The position numbers and the translations under genes are program-made. From contig JAQGDQ010000737.1 of NCBI GenBank assembly GCA_030141605.1, positions 40,409 through 104,408 on the forward strand: a stretch of 64,000 bases of DNA, in the 5' to 3' direction. Each line of letters opens with the position of its first letter. Position 1 is the first letter of the stretch. Shown here one piece after another: positions 38,330 to 51,587 of the stretch. This DNA comes from Tubiluchus corallicola. Taxonomy: Eukaryota > Animalia > Priapulida. Under the pieces are notes generated by a model. That model saw only the letters and a program-made list of their open reading frames with translations, searched no databases and was not told the origin of the DNA.

Positions 38330-38951
38330 GTAATTATTAGAGCATGATTAAGTGTAGTTTTAGCGTGCTGTCATGTTGCTCAAGTTTCGCGTTTTTGCAT
38401 TTTTGTGGCATGATGGGTGCATGGAATTTTCAAGTTTGTTATTGTACTGTAACTAATAATAAATATATCATTGTGTTTGAAAGTAACATTAAATTGTGTT
38501 TTTTGGACAAAATTGCTTTTTGCTTTTTGTTTGGCTGTGTGTTTTGTGTCAGTTTTGCCTGTTTTGTTTTGTTTTGACAAAATGAGTAAGTCTCATTGTT
38601 AGTCATTTCTTCATAAGAGACTATGTGACTATATGTATGACTGTCGACTTTAGAAACTAATAACCGTGCAAAACAATTTATTTTTTGAAATGATACTCAT
38701 TGTCGTTTGTTTCTACTCGATTTATTTATGCAGTTATACATAGGGTTAGTACATGGAGTTATACATAGTAGTATGCAGTTATACATATCTTATACATAGA
38801 GTTTAGTAATAAATCAGAGAATAGATTTTGTATGTTTCACTTGCTCTATTTAGATACTGAAATGACTGAATAGAGATGATAATTAGCTCGTTAAGCTCAT
38901 TAAAAGTTTACAGTGCAGTTGATGCATTACGTAAGAGTTTTAAATATGTTA

Positions 38952-39617
38952 GGCCCATTTCACACTGAGGACGCAAAGAAAAATAACATGTGGAATTGCT
39001 GTCACAAAATGAGAAAATTTTCTGAAAATTTCCAATTTTTTTTCGAAATACCGGGCAGCAAGAAAGTTCGTTTCACGGTGAAACCGCGCGATTCGTTTTT
39101 TTTGCATCTGGTTAGCTGCAGTTACTTTGTGAGTCTCATATGCAAAGTACAATTAATAATATTAGTCAATGTAATGTCAGACCTGTTTGTTTTTACTAAA
39201 ATTTTACTAACCACTTCAAAATCTGAAAATATACATCAACATACACATACACATATACATATATAGATATACAAATACACATAAGCACATATATAAAATA
39301 AATATAAGTGTGCTTATTTTTCTTTTTCACGAATATAGCCACCGATGTTGTATTAATAAAGCATAAAAACATCAGTCTGTTTAAAGAGAGATTAAATCAT
39401 CGAATTTTATGCTGAAATGTGTTAACTAAGCAAGAAGTAATTGAGTAGTTAAATTTAATTTGAATTTTGTGAGGATTCTTCGCGAAATTAGACTGCGCAG
39501 TATTTCTGCTGCAAAATTCCTCACGAGGAGGATGCATAACTTCTATCTGCCAGCAGAAATCCTCTTGGGGAATTCGAATAGGAATTTTGCCGCCCATCTT
39601 CTCAGTGTGAAATGTGC
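38952..39617. mobile_element. PIF/Harbinger-like MITE
   Basis: TTA|GGCCCATTTCACACTGAG ... CTCAGTGTGAAATGTGC; homologous to 44367-45043. Confidence 0.78.
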
Positions 39618-40182
39618 TTAAGACGCACTGTTTGTTTGTTTGCTGGCAGTTTGTTTGTTTGTTTACTGGCAGTAGCTTGAGCATTTAGCATGACTTTGCT
39701 GTTGAATCGTGTCGTTTGTGTAGATAGAGCGTTACTGTAGAGGCAGTGTTCAAAATATGAAATTCTGAAGAAATTTTAATAAACAAAAACAGTCCAATGA
39801 AGAAATGAAAAAAAAACTATTCACAAAAGATTGGTATTTTATATTTCCTCTCTAAATTGTGTACATTTCTCGACTGAAGCTTCGTGTCTTTTTCATTTCC
39901 TACGGCTCATTTTTCATTTTCAGTACTTGCCTTCTCAGAGTTGTTATAGATTTTGCCTTAGCTAATAAATTCTCTTGTTGGAAATGTAAAAAAAAGTTTT
40001 TACAAACATAAAGTTTTCTTGCATAATCTTTACCTTCACGTAATTGTTCATTATTTCAATTATTTAACGGCCAAAATTAAGTTTCTGCGCAGCTTAATAG
40101 CAAAAACTGAATTTGCAAAACAAATTTTAGACACACGCAAGATTTTTCGTTCCTCGTTATTAAATGTTTCTTTATTTTTTAG

Positions 40183-40301
40183 GTAGTTTAACGTCTAGTT
40201 TGCCGAATGGACTCGATAAGTACGATTATAAAATCAAAAATTGCCTATCACCTGATGAAATTATAGAAAAGTATAAAGAAGCGGTACTACAGTATAGCAA
40301 G
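40183..40301 (+). CDS. TRAPPC9: TRAPPC9 exon
   Basis: GSLTSSLPNG...KNCLSPDEIIEKYKEAVLQYSK|gtacgt. Confidence 0.93.
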
Positions 40302-41418
40302 GTACGTATTACGATGAAATACTAATATAAGATTTTTATATAACCTTCGCTTAAGCCTGTATGAGTGCATTGTGTGCATTTATTAACCAAGAAGTTGCTG
40401 CTACAAAAGTTGGAGACTAACAAGTGCTCTTCCTACGTATTTGCTGTGAATATTGTATGAATGTGTAATATGCTGTTACTAGGAACCTTGGAATGTTAAA
40501 TCGCTGTCTACAAAAATTATTATTCAGTGTCGTAGCTAAAGGGAGCAATCGCTTCATCTAGCACGTTTTTTTTAAATTGGGCCTTTCAACGATTTTTGAA
40601 TCTGTTTCTTAATTTGTGCAGTTGTTGAATGATCGTTTAGTCAGTCAGATAAAGTTCTGTCTTTGTTCTGCAATGGACGAGGATAGATTGACTGGGTTAA
40701 CTTTACTCTCCATTGAAAAACAGTTGGCTACTGAGGTAGTTTGTATATTACTTTGCTAAAAGGAAGCCTAGATGAAAAAGAATATTGTAGTTTTTCACAA
40801 TCATTCATTTTACATTTCATGTTACATTAAAATTAAAATAATTAAACAATATGTTTTATTATGTTTTGGAATTTAGAGCTTACTGCAAAACTTTTATTGT
40901 GTTCTAATTTTAGATAGAAAATAAAAATTGTGTTTCTTTTAAAACTGCGTCTTTCTCGTATTTTGATTTTAAACACAAAATTAAAATATAGAATCAATTC
41001 GTTATAAATCATTTAGTATGTGTCACGGCACCTTTTTATGTACTTACTCCCCCTAACTTCAGAACCTGGCTACACCTCTGAAACTAAAAGAAGTTGGTGT
41101 TTTTTTACATTTTTTTGAAAAGCTCAAAAAGTTCTTTCTATCCCGTTTACCAGAGTAAGCAATTCTCTCTTTTCACTTGGTCATTTGTTTATCGTTCAAA
41201 TGTCTGTGATGGTCATATTTTCATGCCCAATGTACTTGTTACGCAAGTTACAAATTCAATTCCATTCGAATTTATTTCCTGGCAGCGAATGCTCATCCTT
41301 AATTATGTGTATAATGCAGAACTAATATCAAGAATCCACTACTACTGTACATTAGCAAACACATTTATCTTACTTGCATTTTTACTCTTCTAACACGCTA
41401 TTTGTTTATGGACCGCAG

Positions 41419-41559
41419 TTTCGTGCAGCCGCTGTAATTGAAACGGAAGCCAGCATTAAAGCGACTAAGATTCTCATCATACAGCAGAAGTACCTTCTAG
41501 CCTCGGATTTTTTGAAGAACGTGCTTTTTATCAATCTGCCTCTTACGGAAGATGAAAAG
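41419..41559 (+). CDS. TRAPPC9: TRAPPC9 exon
   Basis: FRAAAVIETEASIKA...ASDFLKNVLFINLPLTEDEK|gtgtgt. Confidence 0.93.
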
Positions 41560-43503
41560 GTGTGTTTAATGTTTAATTTGAATTAGTTAAATATTTGGTA
41601 TGTAGAGACACCGCCGTATTTACGACCATCCAACCGACGAATATTCGGACATACGAACAGACGAACATGCATCAAAATAATGATGGCAAACACACTGGTT
41701 CAGTTTAGCAGTACAGTTTATAACGGTAATCATAACGTATTTTGATGTCTTTATAATATACTCACGCCGAATCCTAGTGTCGTGAACTGATTCACAAGTT
41801 TGTTTATGAACTTTATAAACTTTAGCAACATTATAACTTTACAGCAGGTTAGACTACAGTGAATCATTTTCTCACCTGACTGGTTACTGACATGCATTAC
41901 CCAAGGTTAACCAGTTTCAACTGATTCGAGCTGTTACAGTTTTAATCTAGTAGTCACAACGTAGTGTACAGAAAAGAGAGTCAATAATAAAGTGTTTGTG
42001 CCACTTAAAGGAGTTTTGGTTTATGTTGCTACATATATTGACTGTGCCTTTTTCACACCTAGTGGGAAAATTCTTCACTGAGAGTTTACATCAACTCTGT
42101 CACCACTCTCAAATAACCGATCCTCGTCAAGATTTATAGCACGTGTAATCACTCCTAACATTCCGTAGTGTTACGCAGGTTCATTGGTGCTAGTAACCAA
42201 TCACTTTTCGCATCTGCCAAACATCCTGGTAACCACGACGGCGACGGCGACGTCGAAACTGCTGGTCACGTGCGGTGCTTTCCGCAAAATAACAATGTTG
42301 TGCGTTACATTTTTCTGCGTTTTTCAGTTTTTGTACGAAAATTGACTGTTACATCATGGTTAATGGCAAGCATAAGTCAAATGATCCTAGTAATAATGAT
42401 GATGATGATGATGATGATGATACTAAAGATCTTAACGATAGAAAAATAACACGTGTTCACTTCTGCTCTATCAATATTGACTTACGAACATATTCAATAT
42501 ACGAATTGCCTTCCGAATCCTGTTGCTTCTTAGTATCGACTGCAAAATGTTTTTTAAGTTTGTATATTAATTTTATAGTAAAAAATGATAAGTCTAGCAA
42601 CTGCAGAATGTGTTAGTCCATACACAGTGGTAAATTTGGTACAGTAAGAATCGAATCCAGAGATGTACACTGCAATGTCGCGAACATATTTTATCTTGTG
42701 CATTGAGAAAAATACATCCCCGAGTATCCTACCTGTTAAGGGCCTTAAAAGACAAGAAAACGGTACCTAAAGTAGGTTTCGGAAAAATATCCTTAAGAAA
42801 TTATGTTACTTTATAAGCAATTTTTTGCGTATATCGTACTGGTGTTGAAAGGAATTTTCGTTTGTTTTCATTTTAAATTTCTGGCAATACTGTTCTGACA
42901 TTACAAGACGTCATATACGCACAACGTAAATCAGGGAAAGAAAAGGAAATGTTAAACTATGTCTTAGAAAACTTTCCATGCAAAATTATATTACTTGGCA
43001 TTTCGCTTAGCTGCTGTAAAGATTTATGTAACTAGAAAAGAAAATTAGTAATTAAGTAAAATGTTTTCACCAATTAGTAAAATGTTGTTGACTTACCTCC
43101 AGGGTGCGCCACTCACTAACCAAAAAAAACGTATTTTTAATCTTATTGACAAGATACGGAAATTTAAAATTTTACTTAGTTAGTGACGTGTGCACTACGA
43201 ATGCTCTGATTATGTTTTGAAACTTTACTCAAACTTACATCTAAATTTGTTTCAAATGATTTCTCGTCAAAATGGCTGCGTCTAACAGTCATCACGGGAG
43301 TTTAAATTTACACATTTTATACAGCGTTACTGCGACGCAAGTCCTGTATGCAAAAAGGCAGACCGTAAGCGGTATAAAATTACAAAACAAATTTTTTAAG
43401 CTTTGTGTATGTGAAAGGTTTTCTTGTCCTTTGAGATTGTTCAAAAATCAATAATTTGTGAAGTCATTATTCAATGAAAACATTGTTATTATTGTTTTTG
43501 CAG

Positions 43504-43632
43504 ATTCAGAGGTATTGTGCCTTATCTCAGCTCTATACTCAGATTGGCATGGAAAGAAAAGCGGCTTTTTTCAAGCGTGTCGCTGCGATGCAGTGCGTAG
43601 CTCCGACGAACAAGAATCCCGCTTGGAGTCAA
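43504..43632 (+). CDS. TRAPPC9: TRAPPC9 exon
   Basis: [34 protein letters not shown]...WSQ|gtgagt. Confidence 0.94.
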
Positions 43633-43645
43633 GTGAGTTTATTTG

Positions 43646-44164
43646 CAGGGATGAGAATTTTTCGCGGACACGCAGAATTCCGAGTATTTGGAAGACCAGT
43701 AGTGTCATTTTTGTAACTTGGATTCGTTGAGAAAATTTTTCCGGACCCAGTACATTATTTCACAAGCTGACAGCTAGTTGGCGGGCCGTCACTTTGTTTA
43801 CATCACGTACATCAGTGTAACCACGTGTAGATCTCTATGTATAAAGATATAGAATCAATTGTGCGGAGTTATTTGAGTCAATTGCAGACAGTTTTTATAT
43901 ACTTTTGCATAGGAGCGCCCAGTACTTAGGCGTTTTTGAGACAATTAGATATCATGTATCCTTGATAGTTGGGTATTTTAAATTACGCATGAACAAGGTA
44001 ATTGATATTTTAAGTCCACTTAGAGGCTCTCTATGGTCACAAAATTACAATTTGTTGCTTCACCCCCTTGAACCCCCATAGGGACTTTGCCCCTCAACCC
44101 CATTAGGGGCCTAGGCGGCCCCAAAACCCACGGCCTGTTTCAGAGTTTGTCATTCTCATCCCTG
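43646..44164. mobile_element. hAT-like MITE (TIR CAGGGATGAGAA)
   Basis: TIRs at both ends; second copy at 57291-57643; flanks tatttg/tattta. Confidence 0.8.
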
Positions 44165-44366
44165 TATTTATCGTTCAGTTACTCAAACTAAACTTGCCTC
44201 TCGTACTTCCTACTTGAGCAAATTCATCATGGAAACTAGTTTTTTCTGCGTTGAAATTTGTTAGAAGCAAAACAGAGAAGTTTTTATTGTAAGACAAAGA
44301 AAAAATCATACTGTTTACAGTCCTTCGTGTTCTTAGTGAAATGCCCCGTTAACATAAGAAGCATTA

Positions 44367-45043
44367 GGCCCATTTCACACTGAAGATGCAAGGAAACATG
44401 ACGCAAAAAATTGCTGTCAGAAAGTTTTCTGAAAATTTTGTGCTTTTCTCGAAATCCCATGTTCATTTCACAGCGAGACAGCACCAGTTTTTTTTCCTCG
44501 CGTCCAGTTAGCTGCAGCTACTTTGTAAGTTTTACAAAGTACAACTAATTGTGTTAGTCAATGTAATATCAGGCCTTTTTGTTTTTCGTAGTTCTGCTAG
44601 ACACTTCAAAATCTGAAAATATACATGTATAAAATAAATATATACATGCGTTTTTGCTTCTTCACGAACATAGCCATCGATAATAAAACATCAAATCATC
44701 AGTGTATTAACAGAGAGATTAAATCTTATAATTTTATGCTGAAATGTGTTAATTGTTGTTCGTTAAATAAGAAAGAAGTAATTGAGTAGTTAAATTTAAG
44801 GCTGAATTTAGTGAGGATTCCGGAAAGTGGAACATGCAGTAATTCTACCATGCAGCAAAATTCCTCACGAGGAGGATGCACAGCTTCTAGCTGGCAGCAG
44901 AATTTTCCCTCGGGGAATTTTTGCCGCTCATGCTCTCTGCGAAATTCACTACAGAAGCCAATTTTTTTCTTTTTTCGTGAGGAATGTTGCAAGGAATTTC
45001 TCCTCGAGTCATTTTGCTGCGCATCCTCAGTGTGAAATGGGCC
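44367..45043. mobile_element. PIF/Harbinger-like MITE
   Basis: TTA|GGCCCATTTCACACTGA ... TCAGTGTGAAATGGGCC|TTA (3-bp TTA TSD). Confidence 0.87.
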
Positions 45044-45226
45044 TTATGTTCCAGGTTTATGATATCACTGCAAGTAACATAAGTGACCTGAGAGCCCTCA
45101 GTTGTTAGAATGTTATGGCTATTAGAAATATGTTTGTTTATTTATTGTATCGTGAACAAGTGAGCATATTTAGTGGACATCGTAGCAAAGACACTAACTT
45201 GTCATTCAACTAATGAGAAAATATTC

Positions 45227-45851
45227 TTAAAGCAAAACTGGACCCAATCTTAAACTGCAGGTCAAAACAATTGATTCTTTAAAATATGGAAAGGAAACAT
45301 ACTATTTTTTTCAAAAATGACTTGCGTGAAAGAGTTATTACCACACAAATACAATTTCACATTCGCACCACTAGTTCTTCGCTGTTACATGCATTTCGCC
45401 GTTCGCTAGTTAGACGGGCACTGGCACCTGTATTTCAGAAACGCATTGCACAAAAAACAGGTGCTGTACTTCTCATTTGAGATGTGTTAGTTTGTGATGA
45501 ACTGCACACGTTCGACAGCTCATGCGTGTAAAGCGGTAAATTTGTAATTTTAATTTTTACTTTACAACTTGTCTAGTTTTAGTACAACACACTGAATATC
45601 TAACAGTAACACTGTACTTCAATTTTTGCTTTTGCAATCATGTGCAACATGCTCGCGGAATAATTTTGGTGTTGAAAATTATGTTAGTTTGTGATGTCAT
45701 CAGTAGTTGGGCTCACTCATCGTTAACTAAGACTTTAATCTATTATTTAATTATCAGAAACACCTTTGCAGTATTAACTGTGTTAAAATGTATACTTTTA
45801 TCAGACTTGAAAATGGATGAGTACGTGAAAAATTATCCTATCTTCATTTAA
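45227..45851. mobile_element. Kolobok-like TTAA-flanked element
   Basis: TTAAAGCAAAACTGGACC ... TCCTATCTTCATTTAA; family seen 4-5 times in the window. Confidence 0.72.
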
Positions 45852-45875
45852 ACGATTTAATCTTCATTATTTCAG

Positions 45876-46039
45876 TGCTACCACTTATTACTTGAAACCC
45901 TGAAAGGTTATAGGCTCTCACTCAATCCGAAGGAGATCGCACAAACTCACACTGCCGGATGGCCCGTGATACAGATCCGCCTCCTCCACGAACTAGTTGT
46001 AACGTCAAAACGGATGGGACAGACGGCAGCTGCTATAAG
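45876..46039 (+). CDS. TRAPPC9: TRAPPC9 exon
   Basis: CYHLLLETLKGYRLSLNP...GWPVIQIRLLHELV...AAIR|gtattt. Confidence 0.93.
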
Positions 46040-46108
46040 GTATTTCTGTGTTTTTGGTGCTTCTCCCAAGATTTGGCAGTCTCTTGTTTGTGGTTTAGTA
46101 AAGTTTGT

Positions 46109-46474
46109 GCTTTCACGTTGTTTTTGTAGGCATTTACAGATACTTTCACATTGTTTTTGTAGGCATTTACAGATACTTTCACATTGTTTTTGTGGGCATT
46201 TACAGATACTTTCACATTGTTTTTGTAGGCATTTACAGATACGTTCACATTGTTTTTGTGGGCATTTACAGATGCTTTCACATTGTTTTTGTAGGCATTT
46301 ACAGATACTTTCACATTGTTTTTGTGGGCATTTACAGATGCTTTCACATTGTTTTTGTAGGCATTTACAGATACTTTCACATTGTTTTTGTGGGCATTTA
46401 CAGATGCTTTCACATTGTTTTTGTAGGCATTTACAGATACGTTCACATTGTTTTTGTAGGCATTTACAGATGCT
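46109..46474. repeat. 33-bp tandem repeat (11 copies) of a TRAPPC9 splice acceptor and exon start
   Basis: Unit tttcacattgtttttgt(a/g)g|gcatttacagat(a/g)c; the last copy continues into the exon. Confidence 0.96.
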
Positions 46475-46636
46475 TCTGCACTGCATGTCTGACCAATTCA
46501 CGAGTGAAGAGAAGAGAGAGTTGGCCGTTACTCTGGAAAGTCTCACTAGTAAAACAGAGGGCACTGCTACCCCTATAGCTCTAGACAACGGAATCATTCT
46601 ACCTCCAGTACCTTTCACTAGGCTTCCAGTCATCAG
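46460..46636 (+). CDS. TRAPPC9: TRAPPC9 exon (acceptor ambiguous: in-frame alternatives back to 46130)
   Basis: HLQMLLHCMSDQFTSEEKRELAVTLE...LPPVPFTRLPVIR|gtatga. Confidence 0.88.
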
Positions 46637-47782
46637 GTATGATCTTAATTTTCCGAGAGTTTGGCTTCATTTTTATGTTTTTCTGTGTTTATTGCAACAG
46701 CGAAGCCCGGGCGCGCTAACCGTGTTTATTCAATGTTCAGCATTTGTGCCGTTGTGAAATTCATACGGTATTCTGCTCTTAGTCAAACTAGCACGTGTCC
46801 AGCAATTAAGTAGCATTAATCAACAGTGGTTTTCTTATGCAGCAACCTATTGCAAGCGTGTATATTTGGCAAGGTACAGTACGTAAACACTTGACCCTAA
46901 TTAATACTAAATGACAATTAAACAGTCATTTCACTCACTTGCCTGTAAAATGAAACAACCATATACAGTGTGAGCAGGATGCTCTCGAGACTAGGCGGAG
47001 GAGCTGCACAAGCAGCCGAGGGCTAGAGGGCGGAGGAGGTTAAGTGACCCAACAGCCATGTGTAGAGGAGTAAACCTTCCAAATCAGGAGTGGAGCCCCG
47101 AAGGCGGACCAGTGCAGCATGCTCACTGACTCCGGCAGCTCCTGCAGCCAACCTGGTGTCAAACGCATCGTTCCGCTTTCCTTTGGACTACACCAGGGAG
47201 GAAGAGAGGTTGTTCCTGAGGATCTCCATACACCTTGCCCAGGCGTGCGTCCTGGAGACGTTCAAGGATCGCACTGCTCAGCCACAGTCAATGCTGCAGT
47301 TCCATCAATGTGATCAATAACTGTCTATCTTGGTGCACACTCCATTGTCTTCCGAGACAGAAGGATGCCAACCAACAACAACAATATAACAGTAACAAGT
47401 TCGTTCAACAGACTAAAATCTACTTTAGCAGCTGTACATGCAGAACGGTTATGAGAAAAGTTTTAACTTTCGATGCGAATTTGACTAAGAAGACGTGAAT
47501 CCAGCAAACGGGACTTAAATTTCAACTGCATATCTTAAAAAATAGACAAACGAGCTACCAAAAATATGTTTCATTTTTTATTTTATTTATTTCAGAATTT
47601 TTCAATTTTTATAGTAGTTTGTTCTATAAAAATTATTTCGATGCTGTTACGTTTCGGTGTTAGTTTTCTATGTTTCGTAAATTTCGATTTTGGTTTGTAA
47701 TTTTAGTTTCGGTATCATCCCTGAAAGTACGTTATAGTAACTACCATTATACAGGTGCTGTACTATTTTTTACTATTTTCAG

Positions 47783-47937
47783 ATCATTTAGGCTACAGAA
47801 TTTAGCTCCTCACCTTCGGCCGCACAGCTGGAAGAAAAAAGCGGATGCGTCTGCACCTATGAATAGTCCTTTTATATATTCTCCATTCCAGTTTGGTCCA
47901 ATTAAAGAACGATGTAGGGGTGACAGCTCTAAAACAG
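47783..47937 (+). CDS. TRAPPC9: TRAPPC9 exon
   Basis: SFRLQNLAPHLRPH...SPFIYSP...; ttttcag|A...ACAG|gtagtt. Confidence 0.92.
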
Positions 47938-47949
47938 GTAGTTAATTAA

Positions 47950-48582
47950 TATATTAAACAATGTAAACAATGTAGAAGCTTAATTTAAACAACGTAAACA
48001 ATGTGTGAGGTTAAATTAAACAATGTAAATGATGTATAAGTTTAATTTACACAATGTAAACAATGTATAAGGGTAATTTAAGCAATGTAAATGATGTATA
48101 AGCTTAATTTAAACAATGTATAAGCTTAATTTAAACAATGTAAATGGTGTATAAGCTTAATATAAACAATGTAAATAATGTGTAAGGTTAAATTAAACAA
48201 TGTAAATGATGTATAAGCTTAATTTAAACAACGTAAATGATGTATAAGCTTAATTTAAACAATGTAAATGATGTATAAGCTTAATTTAAACAATGTAAAC
48301 GATGTATAAGCTTAATTTAAACAATGTAAACAATGTATAAGCTTAATTTAAACAATGTAAATGATGTATAACTTTAATTAAATAATGTAAATGATGTATA
48401 AGCTTAATTTAAACAATGTAAACAATGTATAAGCTTAATTTAAACAATGCAAATGATGTATAAGCTTAATTTATACAATGTAAACAATATATAAGCTTAG
48501 TATAAACAATGTATAAGCTTAATTTAAACAATGTAAATGATGTATAAGCTTAATTTAAACAATGTAAATGATGTATAAGCTT
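47950..48582. repeat. 31-bp AT-rich minisatellite, ~20 copies
   Basis: Unit aagcttaatttaaacaatgtaaatgatgtat, starting ~13 nt after a splice donor. Confidence 0.93.
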
Positions 48583-48812
48583 TGAAAGCAAACTCTCTGA
48601 AAAGAAATGGGCAAGGTAATCTAGTGGTTGTGGCATTCGGATTGTAGGCAAAAGGTTCTTGGTTTGAAACCAGCCCAGTCTTGACTTTTTTTACAATTTA
48701 GTTTAGTTTTACAATAAATATCAATAATTGTGTTTTATCTACGAAATTCACGTGAAAAACTTACACAAAACTTGTCTTGCTTTTCTATTTTTTATTGATT
48801 TTTTATTTTCAG

Positions 48813-48898
48813 AGTTTGAATGGGTCGATGGTGACTTGTGCGAGGTCTCTATTCAGGTTTACAATCCAATGCCTTTTGAGCTTAATGTCAAAAACATG
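48813..48898 (+). CDS. TRAPPC9: TRAPPC9 exon
   Basis: [29 protein letters not shown]|gtaagt. Confidence 0.95.
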
Positions 48899-48943
48899 GT
48901 AAGTTTTCTAACTGTCAAATTCTGTGCATACTTGAGAATTGTA

Positions 48944-51311
48944 TAGGGTGGTGCAGAAAAAATGAGCCAGAGTTTAGACTACGATAATATTAGTAGCAAG
49001 TGCCCCGCAAAATTGAAATTTCACAGCATGATGTTATAATGCGGTGAGTTATGGCTGTGAAAGTTACAGGTTTACAATTTTACGTTACGGGTTTTAAGTT
49101 GTCACCGAAAAAACTTTGCACGTTTCAAATTCAAAACAATTTTCAAAACAACTTTTATTTTATGCTTTTTCATTCTTTTTTAAGAATATGGTTTACCTAT
49201 AAATTTATTTTTAACACAAATTAACTGATCATATAAAAAATTTATCGAATTTAAATTATGTTCAATTATTTAACAGGCAACTTTTCATCGTTATTTAATC
49301 TGCCTTGTTAATCAGTGCTCAAATTAACCTATTTTATTGCTGAATAAAGGGTAGACGACTTGACGATTTTTTAATCAATTCATTACCCTATCTCGTTAAC
49401 TTTACATTTACTTTAATTAATACATTTATTACTCTGTTTATCTTTATATATTTTTCTACATGTACAGTGTTCCCTCGCTACTTTGCGGTTCATTTATCGC
49501 GGACTCGCGGGTTTTCAAAAATATTAATGTAAAATATTTATCGCAGTATTTTTGCTGTTTCGTCACTTTTTGCGGTACTCCGTCTAAAGTATTTTTGCAC
49601 ATGCGTAGTACGTATTGCACAGTAATGTATAGATTTGATGAATTTTGCATAAAAAAATCACAAAATGTATAAAAATATATTAAAAATATTAATTCTAACA
49701 TTAAAAGAATATTATAAATCATAAAAAATTACCATTTACAGTAAATAGTGTATTTATTCGGCGGATGAATACACACCAGAAACGAAATGTAGTATTTGCG
49801 CCCACTTGAGATGCTACTTGCTGACGTGAGATTGTACACAACATACGATTGGTTGATTGATGGAAAGCGACCAACCAGAGAATGCTGCTCTGTATCCCAG
49901 TCGCTGATTGGCTCCGGTACCGTGCAATTTGTTTTCTTTCGTAGTGCGCACCTACCCCCTCTCAGCTCTTCCATTTCATGTTAGCACCCGACTGTGTGCG
50001 TAGTTATAAAGACTTAAAATAATGTATAACTACTAAAATAAGTATAGCATACTTACTTCGCGGAAATTCACTTATCGCAAGTGGGCCTGGAACGGAATGC
50101 TCGCGATAAGTGAGGGAACACTGAAATTGTGGTAGATAAAAATTCAAATTTATTTGGTTTGAATGCCAGCTACAACCATTGACTGAAAAACAGCCACATT
50201 GACGTATAAAGTACTCACTACATGCGCGCAAAACAGTAAAGAAATTAACCATTTCTTATCATGGTGTTTTACCACAGAGAACAAAGCAGCAATGAAGATT
50301 TGTTGCCAAGAAAAAATGTCCATAGATTACAGTACACAGAACCAACCTTCGAGCGACATTTATTGCATTTTAATATACAATTAAAAATATTAAAATCACA
50401 ATAGAAAATAATCTCATGCAATGCTTTGCTTAACAATGTAAAGGAAATTTAAATATTTTTTATCTCCTGCCGAACGAACGTTGCTGTCGGCGTATCTCAA
50501 AAAAATACAAGCTGGTGTATGCTGGGCAGCGTGAATGCCATTAACGCAAGCTGTGGTGAAGGTATGCGTTGTAAAATTTCTACAGTTTGCTTAGAAGTTC
50601 CATTATTCTAATGTTGTTTTTAAGTGTGTTTGTCTGGAAATTAGTCATTCGATCAAATTTAAAGTGGTTACATTGTTTTAATCTATAGGATTACGCCTTA
50701 AAATGTGTAAGTAATGAACATTAACTGTGTAAGTAATTATTTTACAGATTTTTGTTGACTTTTAGGTATGCATATAAACTTGCTAGCACATAGTAGGTGC
50801 CGAACTGGTTACTTAGTTTATATAGTTCCCTCTATAAGTTAAAAAAAGATTCTGAAGCACCTGGCGGGAAAAGTGTTCATATTGCACGGAAACCGGATGG
50901 CGTCATTTTTCATCTAAAATGATCGCGCGCATGCGTAATGTAATCACGACTTTAAATTGATTTTGCTAATTACACGAGATGCTTATCACAATTTTATTGC
51001 CGAAACCTTTTAACATTTTTCCCAAATATAAGTTCAACTTCCCGAGAGACTTGGCTTTTGTTTTAAAGAGAAAGTGTACAACGTTTGATGTAGAGTGACT
51101 AAGGGTAAAAATTGTTGAGTGCTGAGACCAAATCGCACTCAAAGAAGTAAAAAACTGAGTCAGTTGTTGAAAAAAGTGCCTTGGTGTAGTTTGCAGTGAA
51201 AACTGTGGACACATTAAACATCTGCTGTAAATTTTGATTCTCAAGCGATTCTGTCATTTTCTTCCTATAATATCATGATCACAACTTTGGCACATTTTTT
51301 TGCACCATCCG
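48944..51311. mobile_element. Non-autonomous Tc1/mariner-like element carrying a nested MITE
   Basis: TA|TAGGGTGGTGCAGAAAAAATGAGCC ... GGCACATTTTTTTGCACCATCCG imperfect TIRs. Confidence 0.55.
49465..50123. mobile_element. Tc1/pogo-like MITE, inverted copy of 33242-33884
   Basis: TA|CAGTGTTCCCTCGC ... GTGAGGGAACACTG. Confidence 0.87.
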
Positions 51312-51587
51312 ATATGTAATGGTTGTGGCACGACTGGTATCTATCCACGATCAAGGTATTAATAGCCCATTGTGTGTGATCTGATGACATGTTTTTTTGT
51401 ATTCTTTTGCTCAATGTTGACACATTATTCATCAGTTTTTCTAGACTGTTTATGAACAATTCTTGTTAAAAACTGCTTAGTATTTTGTATGTGTGGTTTG
51501 GATGGCAGTAAAGTGATCTATGTGAAATAAATGACATATGACTGATGGTAACAGTCTAATCATTTTTACAAACCTTTTTCCTTGCTT

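Noticed and set aside
48609-48690. Second tRNA/SINE head
   Set aside because: Only degenerate A/B-box similarity and no convincing cloverleaf.
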